Positions 27,279-41,470 of a stretch of DNA of 64,000 nt are shown here, one piece after another (positions within the stretch are counted from its first letter, which is position 1; every line of letters begins with the position of its first letter). Under the pieces are notes generated by a model. That model did not search any database, was not told where the DNA came from, and worked only from the letters and a program-made list of their open reading frames with translations. This stretch comes from Octopus sinensis (taxonomy: Eukaryota): positions 28,210,001 through 28,274,000 of the forward strand of contig NC_043013.1 of NCBI RefSeq assembly GCF_006345805.1. Reading direction: 5' to 3'. The position numbers and the translations under genes were made by a program.

Positions 27279-27360
<82 letters not shown>

Positions 27361-27579
27361 ACGCACACATAGCCATCTAGATGTTCATATTCAATGTTAT
27401 AAATTCCTTTATATTTTACTTTTCTGTTATAACAAAAATATTAATGCTATCAAAACAAAAAAAAAATGACCAATCAAAAATATGAGGGTATAAAACTTGC
27501 CATCCCATTAGAGGGATAGTTAATAATAAAAATAGGATCATTCTTTGCCATGGAATGAACATGTATATTGATATTCCTT

Positions 27580-27805
27580 TAACCCTTTTTTGATATCAAC
27601 CTGCCTTAAATCGCCCTTGGTTCTATGATACAAACTTCCCTGCTTTAAAATAATCTTAATTAATACTTTCATCAAAATTTTATGTTAATTTACATTCCAA
27701 ATACTTGCTTCATATTGACAAAATTATTTTACTTAAATTCTTCATAATTTTCAAAACTAATTGAAACAAGGTGTATTTCAAAAGAAATATGGTAACAAAA
27801 GCATT
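27580..27805. mobile_element. piggyBac-like MITE (third family; related to ~22915-23160)
   Basis: TTAACCCTTTT start and GGTAACAAAAGCATTAA end; body similar to the 22.9-23.1 kb segment. Confidence 0.55.
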
Positions 27806-28102
27806 AAACATTAGAGGTAAAGGAAAGAGGTAAGGGGATAAGGAAAGCAGCTGCTCCTGGGGGCAGGAGTGTCAAGGGCACAAAATTTCCTCTAGTTTAT
27901 TATACCAGTTAATTAAAGTACTGTGCTAAATTTGTCTTTACCCACATACTGAGAAATTCCGTGATGTCACTGAACAAGATATCATTAAAAAAAAATTCTC
28001 TAGAAGCCAAAAGGAAAATAACACAAATATCATTTATGATGGTTAATTTAAATTAAGATTCAGCAAACCATTTCAATCTAATGGTAAATACTGAAACAGT
28101 AT

Positions 28103-28339
28103 TAAAGGCGGCAAGCTGGCAGAAACGTTAGCACGCCGGGCGAAATGCGTAGCCGTATTTCGTCTGCCGTTATGTTCTGAGTTCAAATTCCGCCGAGGTC
28201 GACTTTGCCTTTCATCCTTTTGGGGTCAATAAATTAAGTACCAGTTATGCCCTGGGGTCGATATAATCGACTTAATCCATTTGTCTGTCCTTGTTTATCC
28301 TCTCTGTGTTTATCCCCTTGTGGGTAGTAAAGAAATAGA
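28103..28339 (+). mobile_element. Young full-length tRNA-derived SINE, family B
   Basis: Perfect 18-bp TSD TAAATACTGAAACAGTAT (28085-28102, 28340-28357); CpG retained; A-box TGGCAGAAACGTTAG, B-box GAGTTCAAATTCC. Confidence 0.95.
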
Positions 28340-28419
28340 TAAATACTGAAACAGTATGATTATAAATACTATGAAAATGAAGTGAAGAAGGACAGTCAAG
28401 ATAGACAAACCATGTTTCA

Positions 28420-28715
28420 CCTCTTCAACAAGACACCTCCTCCTGTTCCTCTATCATACTTTTTTATTCCTCAACACTATACTCCACTCAATTGAGGAGT
28501 CTCATCTTGCAAGTTACTTGGTGACCTCACTGGTGCTGGTGCCATGTTAAAAGCATCCAGTACACTTTGTGATGTGGATGGCATTAGGAAGGGTATCCAG
28601 CTGTAGGAATTGTGCTGAAGCAGACACTGGAGACTAGTGCAGCCCTCTGGCTTACCTGTTCATGTTGAACTAGCCAACCCATTCCAGCATAGAAAGAGGC
28701 ACATTAAATGATAAT
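28420..28715 (+). mobile_element. Pyrimidine-rich element ending in the RTE-type 3' module
   Basis: GAGGAGTCTCATCTTGCAAGTTACTTGGTGACCTC then the AGGAAGGGTATCC module. Confidence 0.7.
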
Positions 28716-29374
28716 GGGGATCTCTTTAGCATATAGAACTGAAACATTCAAAGACTCTATACCAATGATGTACTCTTACTTGTAACATGCCAAAAACATA
28801 TATAAGAAAGAAAATCTATTATTTTAACATTTAATTTTTCTTTAATGTCTCCTACAATGATGGGAGCTTGTACCATTTTGATGGTTTCGTTATTATTGCT
28901 GTTGTTTAGACACTGTTGAATCTCCATCAAGCAAACCTTTGATCAAAAGCATTCAAGCTCATTCTCTTTCAAGGTTATATAAGACTATATTGTCTAAGTC
29001 ATCTTCACTTTTTTCAAGCCAATAAGATGTGATCCGAATCTGGTTTAGCTAATATTTTCACCATGTTGACAACCATATAGAGAACTCCTCACTGATTCAG
29101 GCACTGATTATCTTTAACAACTGTCAGAGATCTTTCTCCCTGAATAGGATAGACTTTACACATAATGTAGGTTTTAACCATGAGAAGACTGAAATTTAAC
29201 ATTGCACCTAAATTACACAATATTCATATTAGCTACAGCATCATAATGCATCTCATTTTGGTTCCTATTTAGAGGTAGGCAGAAAGAATTATTGAGAGAT
29301 AATGTGTCTTTGTTAGGGATACTGTACAGCAGTAGCCTCCACCCATTTTTGCCTCACCAACAAGTTTCATTATC

Positions 29375-29855
29375 ATCATCATTTAACATCAATTTTCCAT
29401 GCTAGCATGGGTTGGATGGTTTGACCAGGGTCTGGGAAGCCAGGAGGCTGCACCAGGCTCCAGTCTAATTTGGCAGTGTTTCTACAACTGGATGCCCTTC
29501 CTAACACCAACCATGCAAGACAATTTTATCCAGAGTCCAGGGAATGACATGCATAACAAAATACAATAACCTGCATTATATCATGTGATCGTATGATTGA
29601 CCAGACTATCAGATGTTGTTATACATCACTGGTCACAATGCACTTTGCATCATTTTAGCTTTCAAAGGCAAGCAGGCCAACGTCTCTCCTGATCTGAAAC
29701 CTAGCCCATCACAGGGTGATCCATTTACAGCTGAGTGGACTGGAGTAATGTAAAATGAAGTGTATTGCTCAAGAAAACAATGCACAGCAGGCCTGGGGAT
29801 TAAAACTACAATCTTGAGATCATGAGGGCAATGCACCCAACCATGAGGCCATGCA
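29375..29855 (-). mobile_element. RTE-type 3' end (29375-29515) and tRNA/CORE SINE, tail variant 3 (29570-29855)
   Basis: Similarity to 4811-5033 and to 52508-52808 respectively. Confidence 0.7.
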
Positions 29856-31010
29856 TAATATATAATGTAATTATTACATATATAATTTATATATAATGCA
29901 AAAAACTCTCTGCAGACTGCGACAATCAATAGAATAGAAATGAAATTTTAAAATTTATTCTTTCTGTGTGACTTGGTACCAAATGATCCACAGCCTGGTA
30001 TTGATCCATGACCTGGTGGTTGGGGACTCTTGTAGTACAGTACTGATAACAATATATGAACCGATAACCATTCAATTGATATCAAGATTCGATTAGATGC
30101 AACAACATTTCATTTTCCAAACACCCCCCCATAAGCACAACTACCACATACATAAACACACAGAGACCTTTTCTCTTCACCAAAAAAAAAAAAGACAGAA
30201 ACAAAAAAACAATGACAACAAATGTAAAGCTGTCAAAATAAATTGCTGATCATCCGTTCAATACAAGTGACAATCATTGTTGAAGATGAAGAAGAAAATT
30301 ATTATAAAAGTTGGTTAGAAAACATCAGACAATCAGTGTAGTCTTTTGTGAATAAAACTTTAACATAGATAGACTAAGCCGATCAAAATTCATAAACTAC
30401 TAATGATAAATCAATATGAAAATGGTTAGAATTTTTTCTTAATCATTCATACAAATGATTTTATGATAGAAAAATAAATAAAATTTGGAAATTTCCGACA
30501 AAGTTAAACCAAAGAATGTTAAAATTCAATAGAAAACAAGAACTAAGAAATATTCTACTTTTACACACAAAACTTGAACAACTGTCATAATATGATATTT
30601 TTAAAAATTTGATATTATTCCAACTAAATCTGCTCAAATAGGTTATCTGATCAAATCCATATGTAGCTTTTTATGAAATTGGATAAAAAAAAAAATTAAA
30701 ATAATAATAAAACCCACAATTGTTTGACCTTTAACTCCATTATACAAAATAAAAAAAAAGTGTAAGTTAGCTACTTCAAAAAGTAATTTAGAATTTGTCA
30801 AAGCTTTCAAAAGTTAACTGGAAAGAAAAAAAAATGTGAAGGAGGGAATACAAAAAAAGGGAAAATTTAACAATTATTGGTAATTCACATTGAAATGATA
30901 GAATTCATAAATAAAAGTTGCAAAGGTCAGTGGACTCTATTACTTTGGGAGATAAAGTATAAGGGAAAACAAATGCATTCATATATGCATGTGTGTGTGT
31001 ATAAATACAG

Positions 31011-31050
<40 letters not shown>

Positions 31051-32320
31051 GCACACACACATATGTATGTAAAGATACACACACACATATGTATGTAAAG
31101 ACATACACACACATATATTATGTATGTATAAAACTAATGGGATCAAACAATGGTTGATGCTTCAAGGCAAGATATACACATAAACGAATCAATTAATAAT
31201 ACAGAACATCATATCACTAACGATATTTCAGATAAATTTACTTTTATATTTGAAAGCAAATGGCAAACAAAAATTCAGCTAACATCATATCTTTTTGAAT
31301 TATTAAATATGGTTTTAGTGAATAGCTAAACAGTAAATAGCTAGGCTTCATCTAGTTTGTCTAGAGCTCTTCCATTTTTAGATTAGTAGAAGAACATCCG
31401 TCATCTCTTTTTTATCAACAACATCGGTTAGGATGGAACATTTTAATTATATTGTGACACTCCACAAAACAAGTTCTGTTCTACCATCTGGCAATAATTT
31501 AAAATTCCTCAAAAGCTTATGTCAGATATCAAATCAAACATTATAATACTTAACCAAGTACAAAATAACTGGGCAATGTGGAAAGTGTTTGCTATCGAGT
31601 GAAAAAGAAAATAATGGTAACAACGAGATTTAATAAAAGCAAAAACAAAAACATTAACAATCCTTAGAAAACAAATGGCTGCTTTTTACTGCTTTTTTAT
31701 TTATAAGAACAATCTCTAAATATCTGAAATAAATGACTACGGAAGTCTGCATGAATCATGATGAAAATAGTCTTCTATGGAGGACAATATTGTAGCAGTT
31801 GTCACTCATTTTGGAAATCAGTAAGAGAAAAGCAAAATAATATTCATTTTGAAATAGATATACACACACACACACACATTGAAAAGTTGCTATTTTTATT
31901 GAGAGAGCATAACAGTTTAACCATTTCTAAGAACTCTGTATAAATCCATATATATATCCAACTTCTGTAATTTATGAGGTTATAATAAAAAGTTTAACTG
32001 AACTTCCTGCTTTATTCAGCTCTTGGATATATATGGATATGTGTGTGTGTGTGTATGCATTTGTGTATATACATGTATATGTATTTGTGTGTGTGTGTAT
32101 TTATATGCGTGTGTGTGAGAGGAGTAAGAATACAATGCAAGGATGAGGCAAAAAAAAATAAACAGAGTTGGTATTAGGTTGATGCTCAGGAAATGGAAAA
32201 AAAAAAGGAAATGTCTTTTACATTTCAAGCATTCACTCTTCTTCTGAAAGATAGGATAGGCATGGAGAGAGAAAAAAAATCAAGGAAAAATGGAGAAAGA
32301 GAAATACACATGTACATACA

Positions 32321-32409
<89 letters not shown>

Positions 32410-32454
32410 TAGCTAGATTAGTGAGAACTTATTTGTCAAGCATACGTGCTTTAA

Positions 32455-32848
32455 GTAAATTCCAGCTGTGGTGGAGTGGACATGAAGTGGCATTCCTGAG
32501 TCCAGACTCCCTGAAGACATCTTCTTAGACAAGCAGCTGACTCTTGGTCAGGTGGTGAGCCAAAGAAGAGATACAAAGAGATGCTCAAGACAAATTTGAA
32601 AAAGTGTAGTTTAAAATGGCCAACTTGGAATATCTTGCTCAAGATTGTTCACAGTGGCATAGTGCTGTGTATTCTGAGATACAATACTCAGGATCAGAAA
32701 TGATCAGAGAAGCAAAAGGGAGTGGAGAGCTGCATGGAAAGCAAGAGTACCACCAGGTCCTGATTCTGTTATTACATGCACCCACTGTAACCATGGATTT
32801 CATACCAAAATTGGCCAAATAAACAACCTCATGACCCATAAATTGTAA
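32455..32848 (+). mobile_element. RTE-BovB-like LINE, ORF C-terminal fragment
   Basis: QLWWSGH, GEPKKRYKEMLKTNLKKC, and C-terminal CTHCNHGFHTKIGQINNLMTHKL* zinc-finger-like motif typical of BovB-type RTEs; frameshifted. Confidence 0.8.
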
Positions 32849-32943
32849 AGCTGAAAATCTGGTCAACTAGTAAACATTACAATAGAGTAATGTATTTCAT
32901 CTTTTGCATTAGGCTAGCAAGACTCAGAGCAGACCTTGGGGGG

Positions 32944-33126
32944 GGGGGGTCATTGAAAAGGTTGCGAACAGTGACAAAGGAACTTTGACGTACAAAATCC
33001 TAATTGATTGTTTAACCAATACATTGATTAGTTAATTGGTTAGTTATATAACTAATTTAACTAACACCAAAGAACTGATATTGAACCAGTGCATGTGTGT
33101 TGATATTATTGGTGCAATGACCCTCC
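32944..33126. mobile_element. mariner-type MITE
   Basis: TIR GGGTCATTG (32947-32955) and CAATGACCC (33115-33123); related partial copy at 40841-41022. Confidence 0.55.
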
Positions 33127-33579
33127 CAAGACAAAACACGAAATGTATTGTTTCTTAGATATGATTCCCAGCTATAACTATTTCATTTACCTACATTGCA
33201 AATATGAACACTGGATAAAGAATAAATGATCCAACAACCCAATTTTCCCTATCTTACAAATATGGAAACTCTGCATTTGGTAAAGTATTTAGCCAATAAT
33301 ATATTTACCATTACACACAAGAATGAAACAAAGAAAAATATCCCAACTGATCAGGGTATTCTATCCAGAGATATTTCTTTATAGATAATTAGACTGACTG
33401 ACTTCAGATGACAAAGTAGCCATTTCAAAGTTGGGAAACATACATGGTGATAATTTCTCTCTATCAATCATTTTAGCTTAACGCTTCAAGCTACCATTTA
33501 CAGCAGTGAATTGTCATACCACGAGATATCTATTTGGTGGATTGGGACATTAAGAGTGATATGCCTTTATGTCCAAGTT

Positions 33580-34015
33580 CATCATCATCATCATCATTTA
33601 ATGTCCACTTTTCCATGCTTGGAATATATTGAGCCAGATTTTCTACAGCCACATGTCCTTCCTGTCATCAACACTCACCTGTTTCCAAACAAAATAATAT
33701 TTATCTATGGCCAGTGTGTTTTTCATGGAAGGCTGGAAACAAACAACTTCACTTATATGTTGATGCGGAAAATTTACAACCATCACAGAACATCTAGACA
33801 AGGGTACACACACACACACACACAGACACACACATATGTATACATACACACACATACACACAACAGGTTTCTTTCAGTTTCTGACTACCAAATAAATTCA
33901 CTCACATGGCTTTGGTTGACCCAGGGCTATAGTAGAAGACATTTTTCCAAAATGTTAAACAGTGGAACTGAATGGCACCTTTGGCAAATACCTTCAACTA
34001 CAGCCCTGCACTATT
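33580..34015 (-). mobile_element. SINE family E head + body 2
   Basis: Same architecture as 21321-21785, reversed. Confidence 0.75.
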
Positions 34016-34755
34016 AGTATTTCAATTTTCATTCGCTCTTTCCCAATTTTTCTATTCTTTAGTGAACTCTGAGAAAATCAAGGTGGAGGTATCATGAAAA
34101 TACAGGTTAATTAAATATATTTTAATCCTATGTTGGAAGGAGAAGAGAGATGTGCAGCAGAAGTATTTCTTCAAATAAGTCACCATTTTGGTTTTAGTCT
34201 TTGATTGAAGAAACTTGTCTAATGTGATTTCGATTTGCTGAAAGTCTTTCAAATGCTCTACCTTTGCTTTGCTGAACTTTGGAAGTTTCATGGAAACAGT
34301 TACATTTGATTAACATTCTTTTTCCAACTGACAGTTTCTGAATTCATTCTGAAACTGCAGATGAGCTGGTATGGCTATTAAAAGCTGCTGTTACAAAGTA
34401 TTTGCATGTTTTCAGCCATAAGAAAGTCAAAGTACAGAAAATTGCACTGAGAAATATCTGGTTGAAAATGATCTAAAGAAATGAAGAATAACCATTACTG
34501 ATGCTGCACATTTGGCAAAACCTACAGACATGGAAGGAAATCCTCTGTGAGTGACAGACATCTAAGGAAAGAAAGTGAACCAAGGAGAAGACTATAAGAT
34601 CATTTCTCTACAAAAGGATTCATGATAATGGAAAATTCTTGAACAGTAAAACTGAGTTTCACTTTATTTTTAATCTTGAAGAACTAAAGTTTAACGAAAG
34701 AAGAAAACGAGATCCACAATAAATCAAATCTAAATAAGAAAAATTGTATATTACA

Positions 34756-35095
34756 GGTGCAGGCATGGCTGTGTGGGTAAGAACCTTTCTTCCTGACTAT
34801 GTGGTCTTGGGTTCAGTCCCACTGTGCAGCACCTCAGGTAAGTGTCTTCTACTATAGCCCCAGGTCAACCAAAGCCTTGTAGATAGAAACTGAAAGAAGC
34901 TCACCATCTGTGCGTATGTTTGTTTTTGTCCCTTACCACTGCTTGACAATCAGTGTTGGTTTATTTAAAACCCCATAACTCAGCAGTTTGGCAAAGAGGC
35001 TAACAGAATAAGTACCGATCTTTAAAAAGTAAGAACTAGGATCAATTTGTTTGCCTTCGAAAAACAGAAAGAAGTAAAAGATAAAAGATACATAC
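34756..35095 (+). mobile_element. SINE family E
   Basis: Similarity to 2402-2810. Confidence 0.85.
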
Positions 35096-36777
35096 ATCAT
35101 ATAATTTTAGCTCGAGGAAAGAAGACGGTTGACATCAACTTTAGAAATCAATGAAATAAATAGATTTCAGATACACTTAGAAGTTATAGGAAATTTAGTA
35201 AATCCCAGATCAGTGTACTATCAGCAAAACAAGACCCACTAAAACAAATTTGAACAGCAAGTCTGGAGGAAAATTCTCTAATTAATCTTTTCATTGAAGA
35301 CACTTGAAACTTAAGAATGTATAGAATATATATGTAATTTAAATCTTCCTCTTGAGAGATTTTAATTCAAAAGTTATTTTGGGGTTGTACTAAATATATA
35401 TATTCTTAAGATTGTGATGTAGGATCACATATGCGTTACTCCTGACTTTGTTCAGATGAAAAGCAAAACTTATACTCAAGAATTATAGACATTAAGAATT
35501 TCAACTTTACAGTATATACAAGAAGACATATGTAGCCAAAAGGAGTTTTTAAGTTGTGAACTGTCCAAAAGGACAAATGCAGGAAAAGGTTGAAAAACGT
35601 TTTTTTTATTATGATTATTATTATTATTATCATCATTGTTCAACATTTGATAGTTTCAGACAAATTTCTACATCACCTGCTATATCTCCATGTTGCTGAG
35701 GTATGTGCAGCATTATGTGTGTGTGTGTGTGTGTTTTTTTTTTGTTAGGGGTGCACAAACTCTTCAGGGTATTGTATTGCATCAGTTTCCCTTTTTTTTA
35801 GGTGTCATGCAGTTTTTTGCTGTATTAGTGTTTGTATTGTGTGTTGCATGTGTAACGCAGTGGGTATGCGGCCTGCTGGTGGCAGTTTATTTCATTGGAT
35901 ATTGGCTGTATAAAATGTGTCTTATGATTGTGGATTGTTTTGTTTAGGTTGTATTGTTGAATTGATAGTGTCTTATGTAGGATGTGAACTGTTCTTAGCA
36001 GGGCTATTTTTTGGATAGTCTGTAGTGTTGAGGATCAAGGTGTAACTTCTATGTTTTTATTCATATGTTTTTTTGCTATTATTATATGTTTGGCTTTTGC
36101 TTTGTATTTGTACAAGTTGACTCCAAGTTTCAGCCAGAGACCTCAAGAGACAAGTTAGAAGTTCAAGTTGGTGTTATGATCAGGGTGCCATATATCTGGT
36201 TTTGCACAGAATATTGTTTAAAAAAATGTCTGTCAAAACATTTATCATTATTATTGAATGAGAGAGCAGCACATGCCATCAGAGTGACACTGGGGCACAA
36301 ATATACAAAGCCCAATATACTCATCTGATAAGGGTACACTAGGCACATGCATCACAACCATATGTGCACGACATGGTGATCTATCAAGATAAACAGGTAG
36401 AGCCCAGTTAGAATCTTCTTCAGATTGAGTAGCCCATCCCGCTCAAAAGGTCCCTGAATAATGTTTAAGGATGATAAACAAAACACCCATGTTTCCAAAG
36501 GTGAATTATCCAAACCCAAAAAAATTCCTCTCAACACATAGCTATGATACTCCTCCACTACTTCTGCTCATGATCAGAGATGTACATATTGTCAGCCACT
36601 AAGTGACATACTCAACTGGTTAAGGGCAAGCAACTGACAAGCAAATTTGTGGTAGAATATTTTCTGTAGCCCATCTTTTAGACCAAGACAAAACAATATA
36701 CATGATAACACTTCCAATCATTTAAGATCAAAAGCTATGAGAGCCTGGTATTGCATCAGGGGAGTTATTATTATTAC

Positions 36778-36826
<49 letters not shown>

Positions 36827-36839
36827 TGTGAATGATAAG

Positions 36840-37290
36840 TTGCAGTTATTTTTGTGTGGTTAAGAAGCTTGCTTTGCAACCATGTGGTTGCAGTCCTACA
36901 GTGCAGCACCTTGGACACATATCTTCTACTACAGCTCTGAGCCAACCAATGCCTTGTGATTGAATTTGGTAGACAGAAACTGTGTGGAAGCCCATTCTGT
37001 GTGCATATTCTTTTATTCTTTTATATTTTTAGCCTTGAGGCTGCAGCCATGCTGGGGCACTGACATTTTTCAAAAGAAATGCTTACAACACCTAGGTTTC
37101 CCAAGCAGTCACCCACCACCACCACTCAACAACCGGTATTGGTTTGTTTACATTCCCATAACTTAATGGCCTTGGCAAAAATGATTGATACCAGACTTAA
37201 AAAGAAAAATAAGTACTGGGGTCGATTTGTTCAGCTAAAACACTTCAAAGTGCTGCCCCAGCATGGCCAGGATCCAATGACAGAAACATG
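36840..37290 (+). mobile_element. SINE family E, fragmented
   Basis: Head at 36840-37000 and body 1 at 37100-37290. Confidence 0.7.
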
Positions 37291-40200
37291 AAAAACAAGA
37301 TGGAAAAGTTTTACTTATAATTTTATAAAGCAGGTAATGTTCAAGTTTTGTTATGAAGTAACTAATTCCGAATTATAAAACAGACAAGTTGACTTATAAA
37401 GTCACATTGTTCCCTCCACACCACCACCACCACCATCATTCTGTATTCAACCAATTTGGAATCAAAATGAAAACAAGAATAGGCTTTCCCTCTTATATCA
37501 AGACAGAAAGTTGTGTGTGTGTGTGTATAGATATAGCTATACATATATATAATGTATGTATGTATTTATGTATGTGTGTATATGTGTATGTATATATAGT
37601 TTATATATTGTTTGATAAGAATAAATTAGGCCCCCTCCCCTCCTGGTACACAAGTTCTCTTTTTGTAAACTCACGAAAACAATAGAGATAACACTTTTAT
37701 TTGACCTCGACAAAAGAATTTAAAGTAATTTACAAGTACCTCTTACTTATGACTGTTGACAACATCAGGATATAAATCATATTGATGACACCCTCCTCCT
37801 TCCCCATCCTCATTATTTTTGTTTGGATTTTTTTGTTATTTTCTTTTTTCTTTTTGCTTTGTTTTAAGGGATAGCGTGAGTGAGACACTATATTTTTGTT
37901 ATCTATCTTGATTCATATAGAGGTCATGTTGACAGTAGCCTCTCCTAGTCTGAGAAAGCCACACAGATGATTTGTTTATAAGGATTAAATGTTCAGGCCA
38001 CACATTAGCTCACTCCCTCCATCAAATCTAGCTCACTCCCTCCATCAAATCGACATTGCTTGTACATGTGCACAAGAAGGCCACACGTTAGGCATCGAAA
38101 TGATTGTAGAACAAAGCAAGATGAAATGCTTTGCTTAAAAAGCACAATGCACCACCCAGTCCAGGAACTGAAACCACAATCTCATGACCATGAGTGCAAC
38201 ACCTTAACCACTAAGCCATGCACCCTAAAAGGCCATATTACATGCAGAACAATTGAAAACAACATTATATATTTATTAGAAGCTGAATTGAAAACAGAAA
38301 TATTTTTTATTTATATATAAATGCATAAATAAAAAATTGTAGCCTTAATGACTCGTTAAACAATCTCGCCATTAAACGAAAAGTTCACAGGAAGCAAAAC
38401 AACAACAATTACATTTATATTCCTTTCACACTTATAATACAAAGTAACCTAAAACAAAACCCGTAATTATCTCAAGGCCATCAAAGAGCCTTGATTGGCT
38501 AATCATATTGTGATGGTCACATAAGCAAAGCACACTTCATAAATTTCAATTAATTTATAAGTTCATATGAAACTATAATGAATTCATACAAATGCACTAA
38601 AGAAGTTCAATTTCCTTTGATAATTTCAAAGGGAAATTATTGAAACGTGTGTGTATGCATGTATTTGTGTGTGTGCATGTATTTGTGTGTGTATTTATGC
38701 GTACATGTGTTGTGTTCGAGTGTATATAATTACCATTGTGACACATGACTGTATTGATTTCATAAGTAAACAAAAACCTCTAAAATTTATGGAAGAATAA
38801 AAACGAGACTGCATGGCATTCATGCCTTTTCTCAAAAAGACATTTTGTGATGTAATGTGAAATGTTCTGACTGCAACCAAGAATTGATCCTGGCTTCTGG
38901 TATCAGCTCTGTTCAATGGCAGTCACCAAGTCACCACTGACATACGAATCTATATTGATGTGTTACTGTATCAATGTAACACATAATAAATATTATAGCA
39001 TTCATTAGGCTATTAATTCTCAAAGCATGCATAACAGCGTTTTCAAATACTGCAGTTGCTGTTATGAAATGACAGTATTTCATGGCTACGTTTTCCATGT
39101 TTTGTTGCAGTAAAACCTCAGCAACAGATTCATAATTTAAACATAATATGCTTATCTATAAATCAAATATACTTTCAGAACACAACACAAATCAACAAAA
39201 TCACATACAAATCCACAGGAAGTTTTAATCACATGATAGCTGTACTTCCTGTTGCAGGCTGCTTTAAGCTGGTTGACCTTAATATAATCATGCACATTTA
39301 TAGACTGAATGTCAGCAGCTAATGTACCATCAGTGCCAGAGGAAATAGCACAATGGGTAATAACGCTAACCTCATACTTCAATCAACACCAGTAAAATAT
39401 GCTGTGTCATAGAAAGAGAAGATGGGAATGGTAGCTGTAAATGATGCAGAGATCTTTTTGTGTAGAATGGCAAAAAATACAACAGCAAAGTCAAAATAAC
39501 CACAATTTCTTTTTTTTTTGCTTGTGTAAATTTTCACTAAAAACATTTATTTTTATCAAGTGTTATATGATGACGAGATATTAAAGTGAAATAAAATAAA
39601 CCCGATAGAAAATGAAGATTATTTGTATTTAGATAATACAGCAGACAAATGTATGTGTGTTCAATTGCAACAATTAGCAATATCCTACATTAATTAAGGT
39701 CAGAAGGAGAATTGCCTGAGGATATAATATTGGAGAAGCTGTAGCAAAAATTGACAATTTTCATGTTATTATGGTCGATTTGAATAGCAAGTAAAACATA
39801 TTTAGAAACATTGCAGTATGAATGGGTGAGATGAAGCTTACACAAACAACACTGTGATTCTGGTGAAATCTATAAAACTAGATAACATTTGTTAAAATTA
39901 CTCAAGTCAATTGCTAATACATAACAGAGGAGAAGTTCTATAGATTTTAAGCTCTGCAACTGTAAAAGGTTTATAAATAAATCACAGGAACAGCTGTAAT
40001 GCAGACTATTTTAATCTGTTTATTATGTAGATTTCTGCAATCAATTCGAAAAACAAAAACAACAATCAAAAACAGAAAAAGACATAATGGTAAGTGGCAG
40101 GGGGGGGAGACAAAAGAGTGGAGAAACAATGGAGGTATAAAGCTAATAGACCAGTTAATGAGAACAGTAGATATATATATTCACAACGAAACAAAATTAA

Positions 40201-41164
40201 GATAGATGCCATTCATTTCGGTCGTTATATACAACCAATGAGGATCCACGAAAGTATTATTCCTAATTAGTGTAACTATGTTGTCAGAAGTGACAGATAT
40301 TTTAATCATGAATTCTCTTTATAGTTAGAGAATTTAGATAAAGTGTCCGTGTGGTTCCAACATTTCAACATTTTCCTCAGTTTTCATTTTGTTGTCACAG
40401 ACAAGGAGGAAATGTCAAAGTCATGTACTAAAAGACTGAATACAATGATTCTGTTGCCTTTTTCGAAAGAATTATGTTATTTAGTTGAAATTCAGTGAAA
40501 GATACTATTCAATTTGTTTTGTTCTTGACTGAGGAATGGAGAAAGTACACATGACAAATATAATAAATTCTATTATAAAGAATTACAATATAATAATATA
40601 TCGTACAGTAAGAATGGTGAATTGGGAGAACCACCAGTAGAGTGCAAAACAAAACAACTTGCAATATTTTGTCGCATCCTTTTACATTTTGAGTTCAATT
40701 CCCAGCCAGGTTCACTTCATTTTCAGCATAAAATAAGGTTTGGGTCTAGAACTACAGTCAATTTAATCAACTGCTCCTTAACCTAATAAAAATTTGCGGT
40801 ATTATGCTTACTTTAGAAATCATTACTATACTATATACATGAAGGGTGACAAAAGAACTTTGATGAACTGAGCTGATTGATTAATTGACCAAACTGACCA
40901 AACAATCAATCAAATAATCAATTAGTAAATTGATTCAATATTGAACTAGTTGATTAACAATATTAAAAGAAGTGAAATAGAACCAGTGCATATGTGTTTA
41001 CAATTGGCATAATGACCCTCCTGAGATACAACAAAATCTATTTCAACATCAAGAATCTTGCGAACCAAATACTAAAATGAAATACAAAATAAAATTATCA
41101 CAAAACACAATTTTTTTTCTCAGAAGACATTTTATCAAGTTCTATCATGAACATGGCCTGGCTC

Positions 41165-41470
41165 TCTGGTGAGTGTTCCAGTTGAGTCAATCAGCAGAAC
41201 AGCCAGCTCAAGAAATTAATGTGCATGTAGCTGAGCACTTGAAAGACATACTTAGCCATAATGTAGTTCTCGAGGAGATTCAGTGTGATATAGAATGTGA
41301 CAAGGCTGGTACCTTTTGAATTACAGGTACAATTTATTTTTGCCAGCCGAGTGGATTGGAACAACATGAAATAAAGTGTCTTGCTCAAGGACACAAACAT
41401 GCCACCAGAAATTGAACTCATGACCTTACAACAACAGGCCAAATACCCTAACCACTAAGCCAGGTACCTT
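41165..41470 (-). mobile_element. tRNA/CORE SINE, tail variant 4 (family D)
   Basis: GAAATAAAGTGTCTTGCTCAAGGACAC core; tail matches 62270-62545 (+) and 3420-3510. Confidence 0.75.

Noticed and set aside
34052-34291. 79-aa protein-like ORF (MKLPKFSKAK...)
   Set aside because: In-frame stop just upstream, no usable acceptor, no recognised homology.
39152-39382. 76-aa ORF (MKYEVSV...)
   Set aside because: All frames after the best acceptor are closed; no recognised homology.
40215-40256. Small hairpin followed by CGAAA on the minus strand
   Set aside because: The CUGANGA core is missing before the stem.
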